Positions 10,379-20,151 of a stretch of 64,000 bases of DNA are shown in pieces. Numbering within the stretch: position 1 is the stretch's first letter; every line of letters begins with the position of its first letter. This DNA is from an uncultured Bacteroidaceae bacterium (GTDB taxonomy: Bacteria > Bacteroidota > Bacteroidia > Bacteroidales > SM23-62), in contig CAYQQR010000001.1 in NCBI GenBank assembly GCA_964420035.1, positions 41,283 through 105,282 of the forward strand. Direction: 5' to 3'. Below the pieces are notes generated by a model. It had not been told where the DNA came from. It did no database searches and saw nothing but the letters and a program-made list of their open reading frames with translations. The position numbers were made by a program, and so were the translations under genes.

Positions 10379-11404
10379 TTAAAAGAGCAAAGACTGATCT
10401 TCCCCTTTAATGTCCCTGTTCAGGTGTTTGTAAGCATGTTCCGTGGCCATTCTGCCCCTGGGGGTCCGTTTGATATAACCTTCTTTGATCAGGAAGGGTT
10501 CATAGACTTCCTCAATGGTTCCCGCGTCTTCACCCACGGCTGTGGCAATGGTACTTATACCCACCGGTCCTCCTGTGAATTTGTCTACGATCGTTAGTAG
10601 AATCTTGTTGTCCATTTCATCCAGGCCATGCTTATCGATATTCAAGGCATCCAACGCGTAACGGGTAATATTCATATCAATGACCCCGCTGCCCTTGACC
10701 TGGGCAAAATCTCTTACCCGTCTCAGCAAGGCATTGGCTATTCTTGGGGTACCCCGGCTTCTTCCTGAAAGTTCCGCGGAGGCCTCTTCTTTAATTTCTA
10801 TATTTAATAATCCTGCTGAACGTTTGATAATTCCTGCCAATACTTCTTTGTTATAATATTCCAGCAACATGGTTATACCGAACCGGGCCCTGAGGGGCCT
10901 GGTCAACAAACCGGACCGGGTCGTGGCACCAATGAGGGTGAAAGGAGCCAGGGATAATTGTACCGACCTGGCAGCCGGACCTTTATCGATCATAATGTCG
11001 ATCCGGAAATCTTCCATGGCAGCATAAAGGTATTCTTCAACAACAGGGGATAATCGGTGTATCTCATCAATAAACAGGATATCGCGTTCTTCCAGGTTGG
11101 TCAATACGCCGGCCAAGTCTCCGGGCTTATCCAGTACCGGACCGGAGGTAACTTTTATGCCTACATCCATCTCATTGGCAATGATATAGGCCAGGGTGGT
11201 TTTTCCCAGGCCCGGTGGCCCGTGAAGCAGCACATGATCAAGTGCTTCCTTTCTTTGCCTGGCTGCTTCTACGAATACTTTGAGGTTTCCGGTGACCTTG
11301 GTTTGTCCTTTGAAATCCCCAAATACCAGGGGTCTTAACTTCTGTTCGTATTCTTTGTCTGTTTCCAGGAATGTTTTACCTGGCATGTGGTATTCTTCGG
11401 ACAT
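10379..11404 (-). CDS. ruvB: Holliday junction branch migration DNA helicase RuvB
   Basis: 341 aa; Walker [12 protein letters not shown], Walker B FIDEIHRL, conserved C-terminal winged helix (PRGRMAT). Confidence 0.95.
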   Translation of the reverse strand: MSEEYHMPGKTFLETDKEYEQKLRPLVFGDFKGQTKVTGNLKVFVEAARQRKEALDHVLLHGPPGLGKTTLAYIIANEMDVGIKVTSGPVLDKPGDLAGVLTNLEERDILFIDEIHRLSPVVEEYLYAAMEDFRIDIMIDKGPAARSVQLSLAPFTLIGATTRSGLLTRPLRARFGITMLLEYYNKEVLAGIIKRSAGLLNIEIKEEASAELSGRSRGTPRIANALLRRVRDFAQVKGSGVIDMNITRYALDALNIDKHGLDEMDNKILLTIVDKFTGGPVGISTIATAVGEDAGTIEEVYEPFLIKEGYIKRTPRGRMATEHAYKHLNRDIKGEDQSLLF

Positions 11405-12973
11405 TTAGCGTATAATTTTTATATCACTTTCCGGCAATTTAATTCTTTTTCCATTGACCCTTGTTTCAACATTATCCTTGTAGGTAATGGTCATCACCAG
11501 GTTCCCTTCCCTGTCATATTTTTTCCAGTTGCTTTCCCGGATTCCCATAACATAATATTGTTCCTTCCTCAGCTGCTCATTTTCATAATAAAACCGGTGC
11601 TTACCATCCGGGAATCCCTGTATGTAATTGCCTTCGTATTTCAGGTTACCATTCTCATAAAAATGTTTCCATACACCATTTTCCATTCCACTGATATATT
11701 TGCCTTTTTCGGTGTGATCCCCAACGATATAGATCCATTCTCCTTCTTTCTCTCCATCGATATAGGCCCCTTTAGTCAGGATTTCTCCGTTACGGCTATA
11801 TTCTGTGGACTGACCGTCTTCTCTGCCCATTCTATAATATTCTTCCCTTAAAAGGTTTCCGTCATCATAATACCAGTTCCATAATCCGTGGGGCCTCCCC
11901 TGGATGTATGCTCCCTTTTGTTCGATATTGCCATTTTTAAAGTAAAATACCCACTGGCCCGTTCGCTTGTTGTCTTTATATTGCCCTTCGGCCCTGAGTT
12001 CTCCACTCAGATAATAATCTTTCCAGTTTCCTTCTTTTTTACCCTCCTGGGTCACAATGCCTTCAGATACAACTTTTCCATAATCATTATAAAGGACCGA
12101 AGAAATTACTTCTCCTCCGGCATTGTATCTTCTGTGTACCCCGATGGGAACATCATTCCGGTAAGGACCTGAGTAGATTAGTCTGTCTTCCTCGTCAAAT
12201 TCATTAAGTATCTCAACCCCTTCCTGTTCTTCCACTTCATCGGTCATTATCTTTCCGTTTGCATAGCGCATGGCCATCACCAGGGCACCTTTTTCATTGA
12301 ACTCCTTATACAATCCATTCAGCGCACCATCTATATAGCTCATTTCCTTTTTTATCCTTCCATCCGGGTAATATTCCCTCCAGGTACCAATCTTTTGATT
12401 CTTCTCATCGTAGCGGTTGATCTCTTCCTTGCCCGTGATGATGTTGTGGCGGTATTCCAGAACGGTTATGATCCTTCCGTCTCTAGCATATTCCCGGGCT
12501 TCTCCGTTTTTGCGCCCATTTTCATAAGTAACGGTCTCTTTCAGCGCACCATCCGGATAATAATAGTAGGCCATTCCTTCCCGCTTATCGTTCACGAATA
12601 ATTCTCTTGATATTACATTTCCCCGGTTGTTTGGATCGTTTGTAACACTGTAATCATAGCTAATGGAATACCCGTTCTTCTTTCCGTACATATAACTGAT
12701 CTTCTTCAGGGTATCCCCCGTTTCCGAAAAGAATAACCAAATGCTGTCCAGTAAATGATTGTTCCTTTTCCCTTCCGATTTCTTAACTCCGCTTATGTAA
12801 TAGGTGGTCCAATAACCATCCGGCTTTCCATTAACGATCATCCCCTCGCTGGCTACCTGTCCGTTGGGATATTTAAATTGTGTAAAACCATCCGTTAATT
12901 GCTCTTCCTGCGCTATCAGTGAACCCGCGGATAAAACCAATAATATCAATATGTATCGAAAAATCTTTCCCAT
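11405..12973 (-). CDS. secreted MORN-variant/YwqK-type repeat protein
   Basis: 522 aa; signal peptide; about 20 tandem ~23-aa repeats of the G.W..YY.NG....EG.Y..GK..G type. Confidence 0.7.
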   Translation of the reverse strand: MGKIFRYILILLVLSAGSLIAQEEQLTDGFTQFKYPNGQVASEGMIVNGKPDGYWTTYYISGVKKSEGKRNNHLLDSIWLFFSETGDTLKKISYMYGKKNGYSISYDYSVTNDPNNRGNVISRELFVNDKREGMAYYYYPDGALKETVTYENGRKNGEAREYARDGRIITVLEYRHNIITGKEEINRYDEKNQKIGTWREYYPDGRIKKEMSYIDGALNGLYKEFNEKGALVMAMRYANGKIMTDEVEEQEGVEILNEFDEEDRLIYSGPYRNDVPIGVHRRYNAGGEVISSVLYNDYGKVVSEGIVTQEGKKEGNWKDYYLSGELRAEGQYKDNKRTGQWVFYFKNGNIEQKGAYIQGRPHGLWNWYYDDGNLLREEYYRMGREDGQSTEYSRNGEILTKGAYIDGEKEGEWIYIVGDHTEKGKYISGMENGVWKHFYENGNLKYEGNYIQGFPDGKHRFYYENEQLRKEQYYVMGIRESNWKKYDREGNLVMTITYKDNVETRVNGKRIKLPESDIKIIR

Positions 12974-12981
12974 TTTTATTT

Positions 12982-13980
12982 TTATAATCCTAAGCGCTCT
13001 GATATTTCCAGCATTCTCTTGATGGGTTTTTCTGCCCTTATTCTCAGGTTTTCATCTAAAATTACTTCCGGCATTTCATATTTAATACAATTGTATAGTT
13101 TTTTTATTGTGATCATTTTCATGAATTTGCAATCACTGCAGGCACAGGTTAAATCTTTCGGGGGAGCAGGGATATACTCTTTACGCGGATTGGCCTTTCT
13201 CATCTGGTGAATAATCCCGCTTTCAGTGGCGACTATATATTTCTCTGCCGGATCCTCCTTAGTGAATTTTAACAATGAAGAAGTTGATCCAATATGATCC
13301 GCCACTAGCAGAACAGGTTTTTCACATTCCGGGTGTGCAATTATCCTGGCATCTTTATGTTCTTTTTTAAGCTCTAATATACGTTCAAGGGAAAATTCCT
13401 CATGTACGTGGCAAGCACCAGACCATATAATCATTTTTCTTCCCGTCACACTATTCACATAATTCCCCAGGTTCCGGTCCGGTGCAAAAATTAATTTTTC
13501 ATCCTTTGGCAGACTTTCTACAATTTGTGCTGCATTGGATGAAGTACATATTATATCTGAAAGTGCCTTTATTTCAGCTGTGGTATTAACATAGGTCACT
13601 ACGGTATGACCGGGATACTGATCTATGAATTCCTTAAAAGCACCGGCCGGACAGGATTCAGCAAGGGAACACCCTGCATTAATATCAGGTATCAATACTT
13701 TTTTATCCGGAGACAATATTTTTGCTGTTTCTGCCATGAAGTGTACACCGGCGAATACAATGATCTCTGCTTTGGTTTTTGCCGCTTGTTGTGACAAGGC
13801 CAGACTATCTCCCACGAAATCAGCTATATCCTGTATTTCCCCTTCCTGATAAAAATGAGCCAGAATGACCGCGTTCTTTTCTTTTTTTAACCAGTTTATC
13901 TCCTGTAACATGTCAACAGAAGAATCAACCGGTATATCGATGAAGCCTTTACGGGCAACTTCTTTTTTATATAATATCAT
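12982..13980 (-). CDS. nadA: quinolinate synthase
   Basis: 332 aa; AHFYQ..EIQDIADFVGDSL, VHFMAE, TYVNT and HPEC motifs of NadA. Confidence 0.95.
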   Translation of the reverse strand: MILYKKEVARKGFIDIPVDSSVDMLQEINWLKKEKNAVILAHFYQEGEIQDIADFVGDSLALSQQAAKTKAEIIVFAGVHFMAETAKILSPDKKVLIPDINAGCSLAESCPAGAFKEFIDQYPGHTVVTYVNTTAEIKALSDIICTSSNAAQIVESLPKDEKLIFAPDRNLGNYVNSVTGRKMIIWSGACHVHEEFSLERILELKKEHKDARIIAHPECEKPVLLVADHIGSTSSLLKFTKEDPAEKYIVATESGIIHQMRKANPRKEYIPAPPKDLTCACSDCKFMKMITIKKLYNCIKYEMPEVILDENLRIRAEKPIKRMLEISERLGL

Positions 13981-14383
13981 TTATATTATATATATATTTA
14001 ATTAATAATGATGTTGTGCTGTTGATAGTGTTTATTAAATATTGAGGTTTTTCTTGTTTGTTTTGATATTAAGGTTTTCAAAACACAAAATTAACAGTAC
14101 ATTTTATTATTCCTTTTTGTATTCCAATCAATTACATATTTATCAACATGTTGTTTAAAATAGAAACATCTGATAAATTGCAGAGTTCAAACGAAAAATA
14201 TCTTTTAATATAATGTTCGAATATCGATATATTTTTCAAGTCATATTTTTGATCATTAGTATAATTTTTCAGTATCCCGGTAATTAAGGGTCCACACTGA
14301 GGTTTTGAAAAGAAATTAACAAGTGGTTAACAGGTATTTAAATAAAAGTCAAAGCTTTTTTTGGAATTTAAGACTTTAATATT

Positions 14384-14478
14384 TATAAACTACCTCGCGG
14401 CAGAGCCACGAGGTATTAACAAAATTAATACTTCTTCTCGAAGCAGAGCTTCGGGGAACTAACCCCATAGAGATTAGA
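14384..14478 (+). repeat. intergenic hairpin-module repeat, type R1 (copy 1)
   Basis: 95/95 nt identical to the reverse complement of 44231-44325 (checked base by base); contains hairpins 14391-14415 (TACCTCGCGG-CAGAG-CCACGAGGTA) and 14437-14455. Confidence 0.9.
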
Positions 14479-14486
14479 TATTTAAT

Positions 14487-14614
14487 GGACTACGCGAGCG
14501 CGTTCCCTGTAACCCTGCCGCGGGGTAAGCAAGCACCATTAAAATAAACAATTAATCGATGATTGGCTCCGCCGGGTTAAAGGTTCCTCGTGGCTTGCCG
14601 CGAGGAGAGTCAAT
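14487..14614 (+). repeat. intergenic hairpin-module repeat, type R2 (copy a)
   Basis: Ungapped alignment to 56303-56430 gives 13 mismatches in 128 positions by my count; the first half also matches 18088-18144; terminal hairpin CCTCGTGG-CTTG-CCGCGAGG at 14586-14605. Confidence 0.85.
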
Positions 14615-14756
14615 TATTTAACTAAATTTGGTTCAATTCTTTTTCGCGTACCGTTCCGGCGGACGGGAAGAAATGGATTTAATTCCCTGGGGTTCAGATC
14701 GGTGAAGATGTGTACGGAGTTATACCCTGGGGTTAGAACCATTTATCATTTTCACT

Positions 14757-15206
14757 ATGAAAGAAAAAATTATAGCAATTGCTTCTGATCATGCCGGCTA
14801 TGAATTGAAAAATAAAGCCAGGGAACATTTAGAAAAAAGAGGATGGGAGGTAGATGACCTTGGCAGTTTTAAATATGATCCTGTTGATGACTATCCGGAT
14901 TTCGCGCATAAAATCGCGAAATCAATAGAAGAGGGCAAATACAACAGAGGCATATCCCTTTGCGGTACAGGAAACGGGATCAGTATTGTCGCCAACAAGC
15001 ATCAGGGCATAAGATCCGCGGTTTGCTGGAACAAAGAAATGGCGGATCTGGCGGTACGTCATAACGATGCAAACATCTGTGCATTACCGGCAAGGTTCCT
15101 TAGTGATAAAAAGGCCATTGAAATTATTGATGCCTATTTGAATGCTGCATTTGATGGTGGAAGACATGAAAGAAGAATCAAAAAGATACCCATACAAAGC
15201 AAATAA
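14757..15206 (+). CDS. rpiB: ribose-5-phosphate isomerase B
   Basis: 149 aa; IAIASDHAGYELK and CGTGNGISIVANK motifs. Confidence 0.9.
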   Translation: MKEKIIAIASDHAGYELKNKAREHLEKRGWEVDDLGSFKYDPVDDYPDFAHKIAKSIEEGKYNRGISLCGTGNGISIVANKHQGIRSAVCWNKEMADLAVRHNDANICALPARFLSDKKAIEIIDAYLNAAFDGGRHERRIKKIPIQSK

Positions 15207-15211
15207 CAACC

Positions 15212-15643
15212 ATGTTATCGAATACATCAAAGTATGCCATTAGAGCGGTAATCTATCTGGCACTGCATGAAGAAGAAAACAAGAAAACAGGCATCAAGCA
15301 GATATCCAAAGACCTGGGCATACCGACACCCTTTCTTGGAAAAATATTGCAGACCCTGGCCAAACAGAAACTTCTTTCATCCACCAAAGGGCCTCATGGA
15401 GGCTTTGGTTTGGGGAAACCGGCCAATATGATAAGCCTGATGGAAATTGTGGACATCATCGATGGCAGGGATCTTTTCACAAAATGCCTTATAAGCCTTA
15501 AGGATTGCAGTGAGGAAAAAAAATACTGTGCCATACATGATCAATATTCAGAATTGAGAAGTAAACTTCGAAAACTATTTGAAGAAATCAAAATATCCGA
15601 ACTGGCAACCAATATAAAAGGAGGGAAGGACATTACTTTATAG
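15212..15643 (+). CDS. Rrf2 family transcriptional regulator
   Basis: 143 aa; N-terminal SKYAIRAVIYLA winged-helix signature, GPHGGFGL motif, Cys residues in C-terminal half. Confidence 0.85.
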   Translation: MLSNTSKYAIRAVIYLALHEEENKKTGIKQISKDLGIPTPFLGKILQTLAKQKLLSSTKGPHGGFGLGKPANMISLMEIVDIIDGRDLFTKCLISLKDCSEEKKYCAIHDQYSELRSKLRKLFEEIKISELATNIKGGKDITL

Positions 15644-16007
15644 CCCACCGTACAACCAGGGCGGCAATTATTCCGGCTCCATTGATAAGGGCATCTGTGA
15701 TACTTGCCGTACGGTAATCTGTAAACCATAGTTGTAATAATTCCATTAAACAGCCATAGCTGAATAAAAGCAAAAAGGCAAAAAAGAAGACAACAGGACC
15801 TGAATTCTTGTTGTGGAAACTTATTTCTCTCAAAAAAATAAGGGTAAGCAGCAAATAAGAGATGGCATGGATCCATTTATCCATATAAGGAATTGGAAAT
15901 TTGAATTGGCTGTTGGGATATCCACCATACAGGCTGCCCAGAAGAATAAGCAAGGCAAAAAGAACAGAACCCAGGTAATAACGGTGTACTAACTTCAAAA
16001 CATTCAT
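15633..16007 (-). CDS. VanZ-like membrane protein
   Basis: 124 aa, 4 helices, DKWIH, ELLQ and R....D signature residues of the VanZ family. Confidence 0.65.
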   Translation of the reverse strand: MNVLKLVHRYYLGSVLFALLILLGSLYGGYPNSQFKFPIPYMDKWIHAISYLLLTLIFLREISFHNKNSGPVVFFFAFLLLFSYGCLMELLQLWFTDYRTASITDALINGAGIIAALVVRWAIK

Positions 16008-16024
16008 CGCGTAAAAATCATTGT

Positions 16025-17155
16025 TTAAAAGAGTGCCCCGGTAATATAATCAGAAATGAATTTTCCGGTTCGCGATAATCGCAAAACATTATCCTTCAAT
16101 ACCAATTCACCATTTTCAATAAATTTCGTGGCCTTTGACACCAATTCATTCTTTGAGTTTTCACCGAATTTTGAAGCGATAAGATCAAGGTTCAGGCCCC
16201 ATTGGGTTCGAATAGCGGAAAGAATATAATCTTGTTTTAGTGTTTCCGCGTTATAGTTTTCTTCCTGGTAGAATAAATTACCTTTTTCAATATTTAGCAT
16301 GTAGCTCTGATTCCCGGGTGGGTTCCATTGGCGTATCTCTCCGGTAAAAGAATGGGCCGCCGGACCAATACCCAAAAAAGGTTCCAGGCCCCAATAAACA
16401 GAATTATGCCTTGAATAATATCCTTTTCGTGCAAAATTTGATATTTCGTATTGTTCATATCCATGTTCTTCGCAACGGTCTGTTAATAACGCGAACTGGT
16501 CGAGACTATCCTGTTCAGAGACTTCTGAAATTTTATTCTTTTTCAGCTGTTGGTGGAAAATGGTATTGGCCTCAAAACCCAGGTGGTAAGCAGACAAATG
16601 CGGGATCTTTGCATTGAAGAAAAGGTCAAGTGTATTATCCCATTGTTCAAGATACATATCCGGTAAACCGTAGATGAGATCTATACTGATGTTACGAAAT
16701 CCGCACAAACGTGAGAGTTGGATACATTCCAGGGCCCTGGCAGCATTATGGCGCCTGTTCATCTTTTTCAGGTGTTCATCATGAAAGGATTGAACCCCGA
16801 TGCTAAGACGGTTTATACCCGCGTTTTTTATGGCGCACAAATATTCATGGTTAAGATCATCCGGGTTGACCTCCATAGTGATCTCCATGTCTTCATAACC
16901 GCCAAATACACCAAGGGCTTTTTCAACGATGCTTTTGATTTGCTTCGGGGTTAATACAGATGGTGTTCCGCCGCCCAGGTACAGGGTATTCAAGCCGCCT
17001 TCTTCAAAGAAATCTTTCCTCAGTTCAATTTCTTTAACAAGGGCATGAATCATTCTTTCCTTTTGCCTGAGATCTATACTGAAGTGGAAATCACAATAAT
17101 AACAGGCTTCCCTGCAAAAAGGAATATGAACATAAAGGGAAGCCATATTGCGCAT
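16025..17155 (-). CDS. hemW: radical SAM family heme chaperone HemW (oxygen-independent coproporphyrinogen oxidase-like)
   Basis: 376 aa; CxxxCxxC radical-SAM motif in LYVHIPFCREACYYCDFH; HemN_C-like tail. Confidence 0.9.
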   Translation of the reverse strand: MRNMASLYVHIPFCREACYYCDFHFSIDLRQKERMIHALVKEIELRKDFFEEGGLNTLYLGGGTPSVLTPKQIKSIVEKALGVFGGYEDMEITMEVNPDDLNHEYLCAIKNAGINRLSIGVQSFHDEHLKKMNRRHNAARALECIQLSRLCGFRNISIDLIYGLPDMYLEQWDNTLDLFFNAKIPHLSAYHLGFEANTIFHQQLKKNKISEVSEQDSLDQFALLTDRCEEHGYEQYEISNFARKGYYSRHNSVYWGLEPFLGIGPAAHSFTGEIRQWNPPGNQSYMLNIEKGNLFYQEENYNAETLKQDYILSAIRTQWGLNLDLIASKFGENSKNELVSKATKFIENGELVLKDNVLRLSRTGKFISDYITGALF

Positions 17156-17158
17156 TAA

Positions 17159-18076
17159 CTATTTGAGCAGGAAGGAGGAGGTACCGATAAGGTTGTTTTC
17201 AGCATAAAGATTTACGGAATAGGAACCTTCGATCAACTGACCGTCATCATCCCAGTAAATACACAGATCCACATCCTGGTTTTCGTAATCTACCTCCCTG
17301 CTGGCTGTATACACCATTTGCTCGTCCAGGTATTCAAAAAGATTAACCCCGGTAGTAAGGATCACACTGTCGGGGCGCATAATGCGCATAAAAATCTCCT
17401 TGGTCCCGGGTTGAACAATCGCGTTCTCACGCAGGGTGAAACAAACCCGTAATTTTTCAATTTTCCTGACCTTGTCCTTTTCCCTGGAGCGCCTGTTCAG
17501 GCCGTCAACCATGATATTTTTTGCCTGAAGCACGGAAGCCTGTTCCACCATGGAGCTCAGATCTTCCCGTTCTTCCTCCAGTTCCCTGGTTGTTTTTTCC
17601 ATCACCATCAATTGGGTTTTGACTTCATAATTTTCAGCCCGAAGCTGTTGGTTGGCAGTATTCAATGAATCGATCTGGACGATATAACTGCGCATAATTT
17701 CGCGTAAAGTACCCAGTTCTTCTTTATACAGGCGGATTTTATAGACATTGTTGGCCCGTATCTTCAACAATTCTTCAATTTTTTCCTGTTCGGCTGCCAG
17801 CAGTTTATTGATGCTGTCGTTCTCGGTCTTCATGGAATCATATTGCACATACATCTGCTTCAATTCCTCTTCCAGCTCTTCTTTTTGATGCTCCAGCTCG
17901 ACCTTGTACACGGTCAACTCCTCCGTTTCTTTTCTTTCCTGCAGATAAACGTAAGTCAGGGCACCAATAGCAAGCGCCAGCACGATGATGGTAAAGACCA
18001 GAAACCCGGAGGTTCTTTTTCCCGGCTTGTTCTGTTGTATGTTCAGGTCCTTTCCCGGACCGGTATTCTCTGCCAT
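17159..18076 (-). CDS. membrane-anchored coiled-coil protein, function unknown
   Basis: 305 aa; one N-terminal TM helix (FLVFTIIVLALAIGALTYVY), about 150 aa coiled coil, beta-rich C-terminal domain. Confidence 0.6.
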   Translation of the reverse strand: MAENTGPGKDLNIQQNKPGKRTSGFLVFTIIVLALAIGALTYVYLQERKETEELTVYKVELEHQKEELEEELKQMYVQYDSMKTENDSINKLLAAEQEKIEELLKIRANNVYKIRLYKEELGTLREIMRSYIVQIDSLNTANQQLRAENYEVKTQLMVMEKTTRELEEEREDLSSMVEQASVLQAKNIMVDGLNRRSREKDKVRKIEKLRVCFTLRENAIVQPGTKEIFMRIMRPDSVILTTGVNLFEYLDEQMVYTASREVDYENQDVDLCIYWDDDGQLIEGSYSVNLYAENNLIGTSSFLLK

Positions 18077-18087
18077 AATTGTATTTT

Positions 18088-18144
18088 GAATTACGCGAGC
18101 GCGTTCCCCGTAGCTCTGCCTCGGGGTAAGCGAGCACCATTAAA
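18088..18144 (+). repeat. intergenic hairpin-module repeat, type R2 (partial copy c)
   Basis: 57 nt aligning to the first half of 56303-56430 with 6 mismatches by my count; begins 12 nt upstream of the ATG at 18076. Confidence 0.8.
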
Positions 18145-18208
18145 TTATTTAGATACAAAATTACAATTATTAACAGAATCAGTACCTTAGATATTGTGCA
18201 ATCCTTAA

Positions 18209-18829
18209 TTATTCGAGTAATTTCAAACCTTCTGCCGCAGACTCATCCCCGGGGTTGTACAATTGAACTTTCTGAAACAAAACAATAGCCTCGTTTGTTT
18301 TCTTCATTTGTAATTTGGTCCAGGCAAGCAAGATAAGACCATCATAATCAAAGGGATATAGATTAACCACCTTTTGAAGATAAGATTCGGCAAGCTCATA
18401 CTCTTTGCGTCCGTAATAAATGCTGCCCAGGCGGTACAACACGATAGAATTATTTGGGGTGATCTCCAGTATTTTGTTGTATTGATCTATCACCAACTCC
18501 CAATTACCCATTGCACCGGCAGGATAAGCTATCCCAAGACGGGGTTCGATGGCAAAAGATCTCAGGTTGATGCAATTATTATAATAGGAAAGCGATTCTG
18601 TAAAGAACCCTGCCTGGTAGCTGAGCCAACCCAGGCGGAGGTTTAATTCATAATGGTCTTCCCCGTATTGTTTTTTTAAAACATTAATGGCTTCAGTATA
18701 TTTTCCTTCTTTTGCAAGCCGGTAACTTGAGCTGAAAGCATTGACCAGAACCCGGTGGCTCTGCCCGGCCAAAAGGCCGGGTAATAGGACAAAGTTCAGA
18801 GCGATGATTAATTTCCTGAGATGTTCCAT
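18209..18829 (-). CDS. secreted TPR-repeat protein (last gene of the PqqD/ATP-grasp operon)
   Basis: 206 aa; signal peptide MEHLRKLIIALNFVLLPGLLAGQ; TPR-like repeats; 22-nt overlap with the upstream gene. Confidence 0.65.
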   Translation of the reverse strand: MEHLRKLIIALNFVLLPGLLAGQSHRVLVNAFSSSYRLAKEGKYTEAINVLKKQYGEDHYELNLRLGWLSYQAGFFTESLSYYNNCINLRSFAIEPRLGIAYPAGAMGNWELVIDQYNKILEITPNNSIVLYRLGSIYYGRKEYELAESYLQKVVNLYPFDYDGLILLAWTKLQMKKTNEAIVLFQKVQLYNPGDESAAEGLKLLE

Positions 18830-20151
18830 TTTATTCCTCCTGTTATGGTGTGTAATTCATAAGGTATATTGATATCCGTTGCATTCAGGGGATCGGTTCC
18901 CAATATAAAATTCGCCCCCAATCTTGCATACCTGTAATTCACAAAAAACCGGTTGCCCCGGTTTCCGGGACTGTATATTAATTTCAGGGTATATAACCGG
19001 TCAATGGGATTGGGATCATTGTAAAAAAAATAACCATAATTCAGGGTTTGGTACCTGATCTTTCCTAAATGATACTGATTTTCTATCCAGATGTTCCCGG
19101 CCGGCTTAAATCCCAGCATGATATACCCGTTATAACGATCTTCTTTTTGATTATTTAACTCAAAGATGGATTTAAACACGGAACCCAAATAGAAGTTTAA
19201 ATTGCCCAGGGGATAATACAGCAACTGCATTTCGTTCTCGACCTGCCGGATGCCGCCTATTTCGCTGTATGCGGGAAACCAGAGCAGGGATATTTTTGAA
19301 ATGTTATAATTAATTCCCAGACCGGCTATAAAAGAAAAATCCTTCTGAGTACCTGTTTCACCGAGGAAAAGATTACCCATCCTGATTGTTTCGGTGTAAG
19401 CAGGCCACGATGAACGCACCAAATGTACAGCAGGCGTTATGGTCCAACCATACCCGGGCGTTATGGACAGGGCAAGATAATACTGATCCTGCATGATCTT
19501 TTCGTTCCTGATCAGGTAATAATCAGAATAGAACCGACTGATCCGGTCCTGGAATTTTTGCAGGCGCGAATATCCATGAAAAAGCCTCATTCGTGTTCCC
19601 AATTCGTGTTCCAGGTTAAAGGTAAGTACGGAATATTGTGAAACAACAGAACCCGGATCATAAGAAGGCATCAGATTGGCTTGATGCAGGTCTTCCCTGG
19701 ATTGATCGTTCAGTAAGCCGCCGTAAGTATAGTCGAGATTCACCGACCGGATCAATGCCGGGAATTTCATACCGGTAACTTTTTTTCGCGCAGGGGTCAG
19801 TTCCTGGTAACAGAGCGATGCGGCGTTTTTCCGGTTTAGGAACAAGCTGGCATAAAACAAATATTCCCTTGCAATGGTGTCTTCCGGGTTTTGTTTTACT
19901 GCTTTTTTGAAATGCCGTATGGAACCGGCATAATTTTTTTTATTATATTCCGCGGCCCCAACCCGTAATCTTAAATAGTAAAAATCAATACCCGATTTAA
20001 AAGCTCTTTTCCCTGTTTGGATCAGTTCGTTCCATGAAGACCTCATAAATTGCCCATAGGTAGCCGTATCCACCTGATAGCTGTTCAGGGACTGGGAAAA
20101 ACACAAGGTTCCCGTTGTTAATAGAACCAAACCAAGGATCACTCTTTGCAT
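18808..20151 (-). CDS. secreted protein with TPR-like N-terminus and beta-strand-rich C-terminal two thirds (possible outer-membrane barrel)
   Basis: 447 aa; signal peptide; alternating aromatic/polar pattern with many Y/F/G/N in the C-terminal part; 13-nt overlap with the upstream gene. Confidence 0.5.
   Translation of the reverse strand: MQRVILGLVLLTTGTLCFSQSLNSYQVDTATYGQFMRSSWNELIQTGKRAFKSGIDFYYLRLRVGAAEYNKKNYAGSIRHFKKAVKQNPEDTIAREYLFYASLFLNRKNAASLCYQELTPARKKVTGMKFPALIRSVNLDYTYGGLLNDQSREDLHQANLMPSYDPGSVVSQYSVLTFNLEHELGTRMRLFHGYSRLQKFQDRISRFYSDYYLIRNEKIMQDQYYLALSITPGYGWTITPAVHLVRSSWPAYTETIRMGNLFLGETGTQKDFSFIAGLGINYNISKISLLWFPAYSEIGGIRQVENEMQLLYYPLGNLNFYLGSVFKSIFELNNQKEDRYNGYIMLGFKPAGNIWIENQYHLGKIRYQTLNYGYFFYNDPNPIDRLYTLKLIYSPGNRGNRFFVNYRYARLGANFILGTDPLNATDINIPYELHTITGGIKWNISGN

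Noticed and set aside
13981-14383. The 400-nt AT-rich nadA upstream region as a riboswitch or other structured leader
   Set aside because: I could not recognise any conserved stems or known riboswitch cores. It looks like AT-rich promoter spacer.
17838-18158. 106-aa ORF, and the matching N-terminal extension of ORF 55591-56367, both starting with M..LMVLAYP.AE.RG
   Set aside because: The shared peptide is simply the translation of the R2 intergenic repeat. The ORF at 17838 also overlaps the real coiled-coil gene out of frame.
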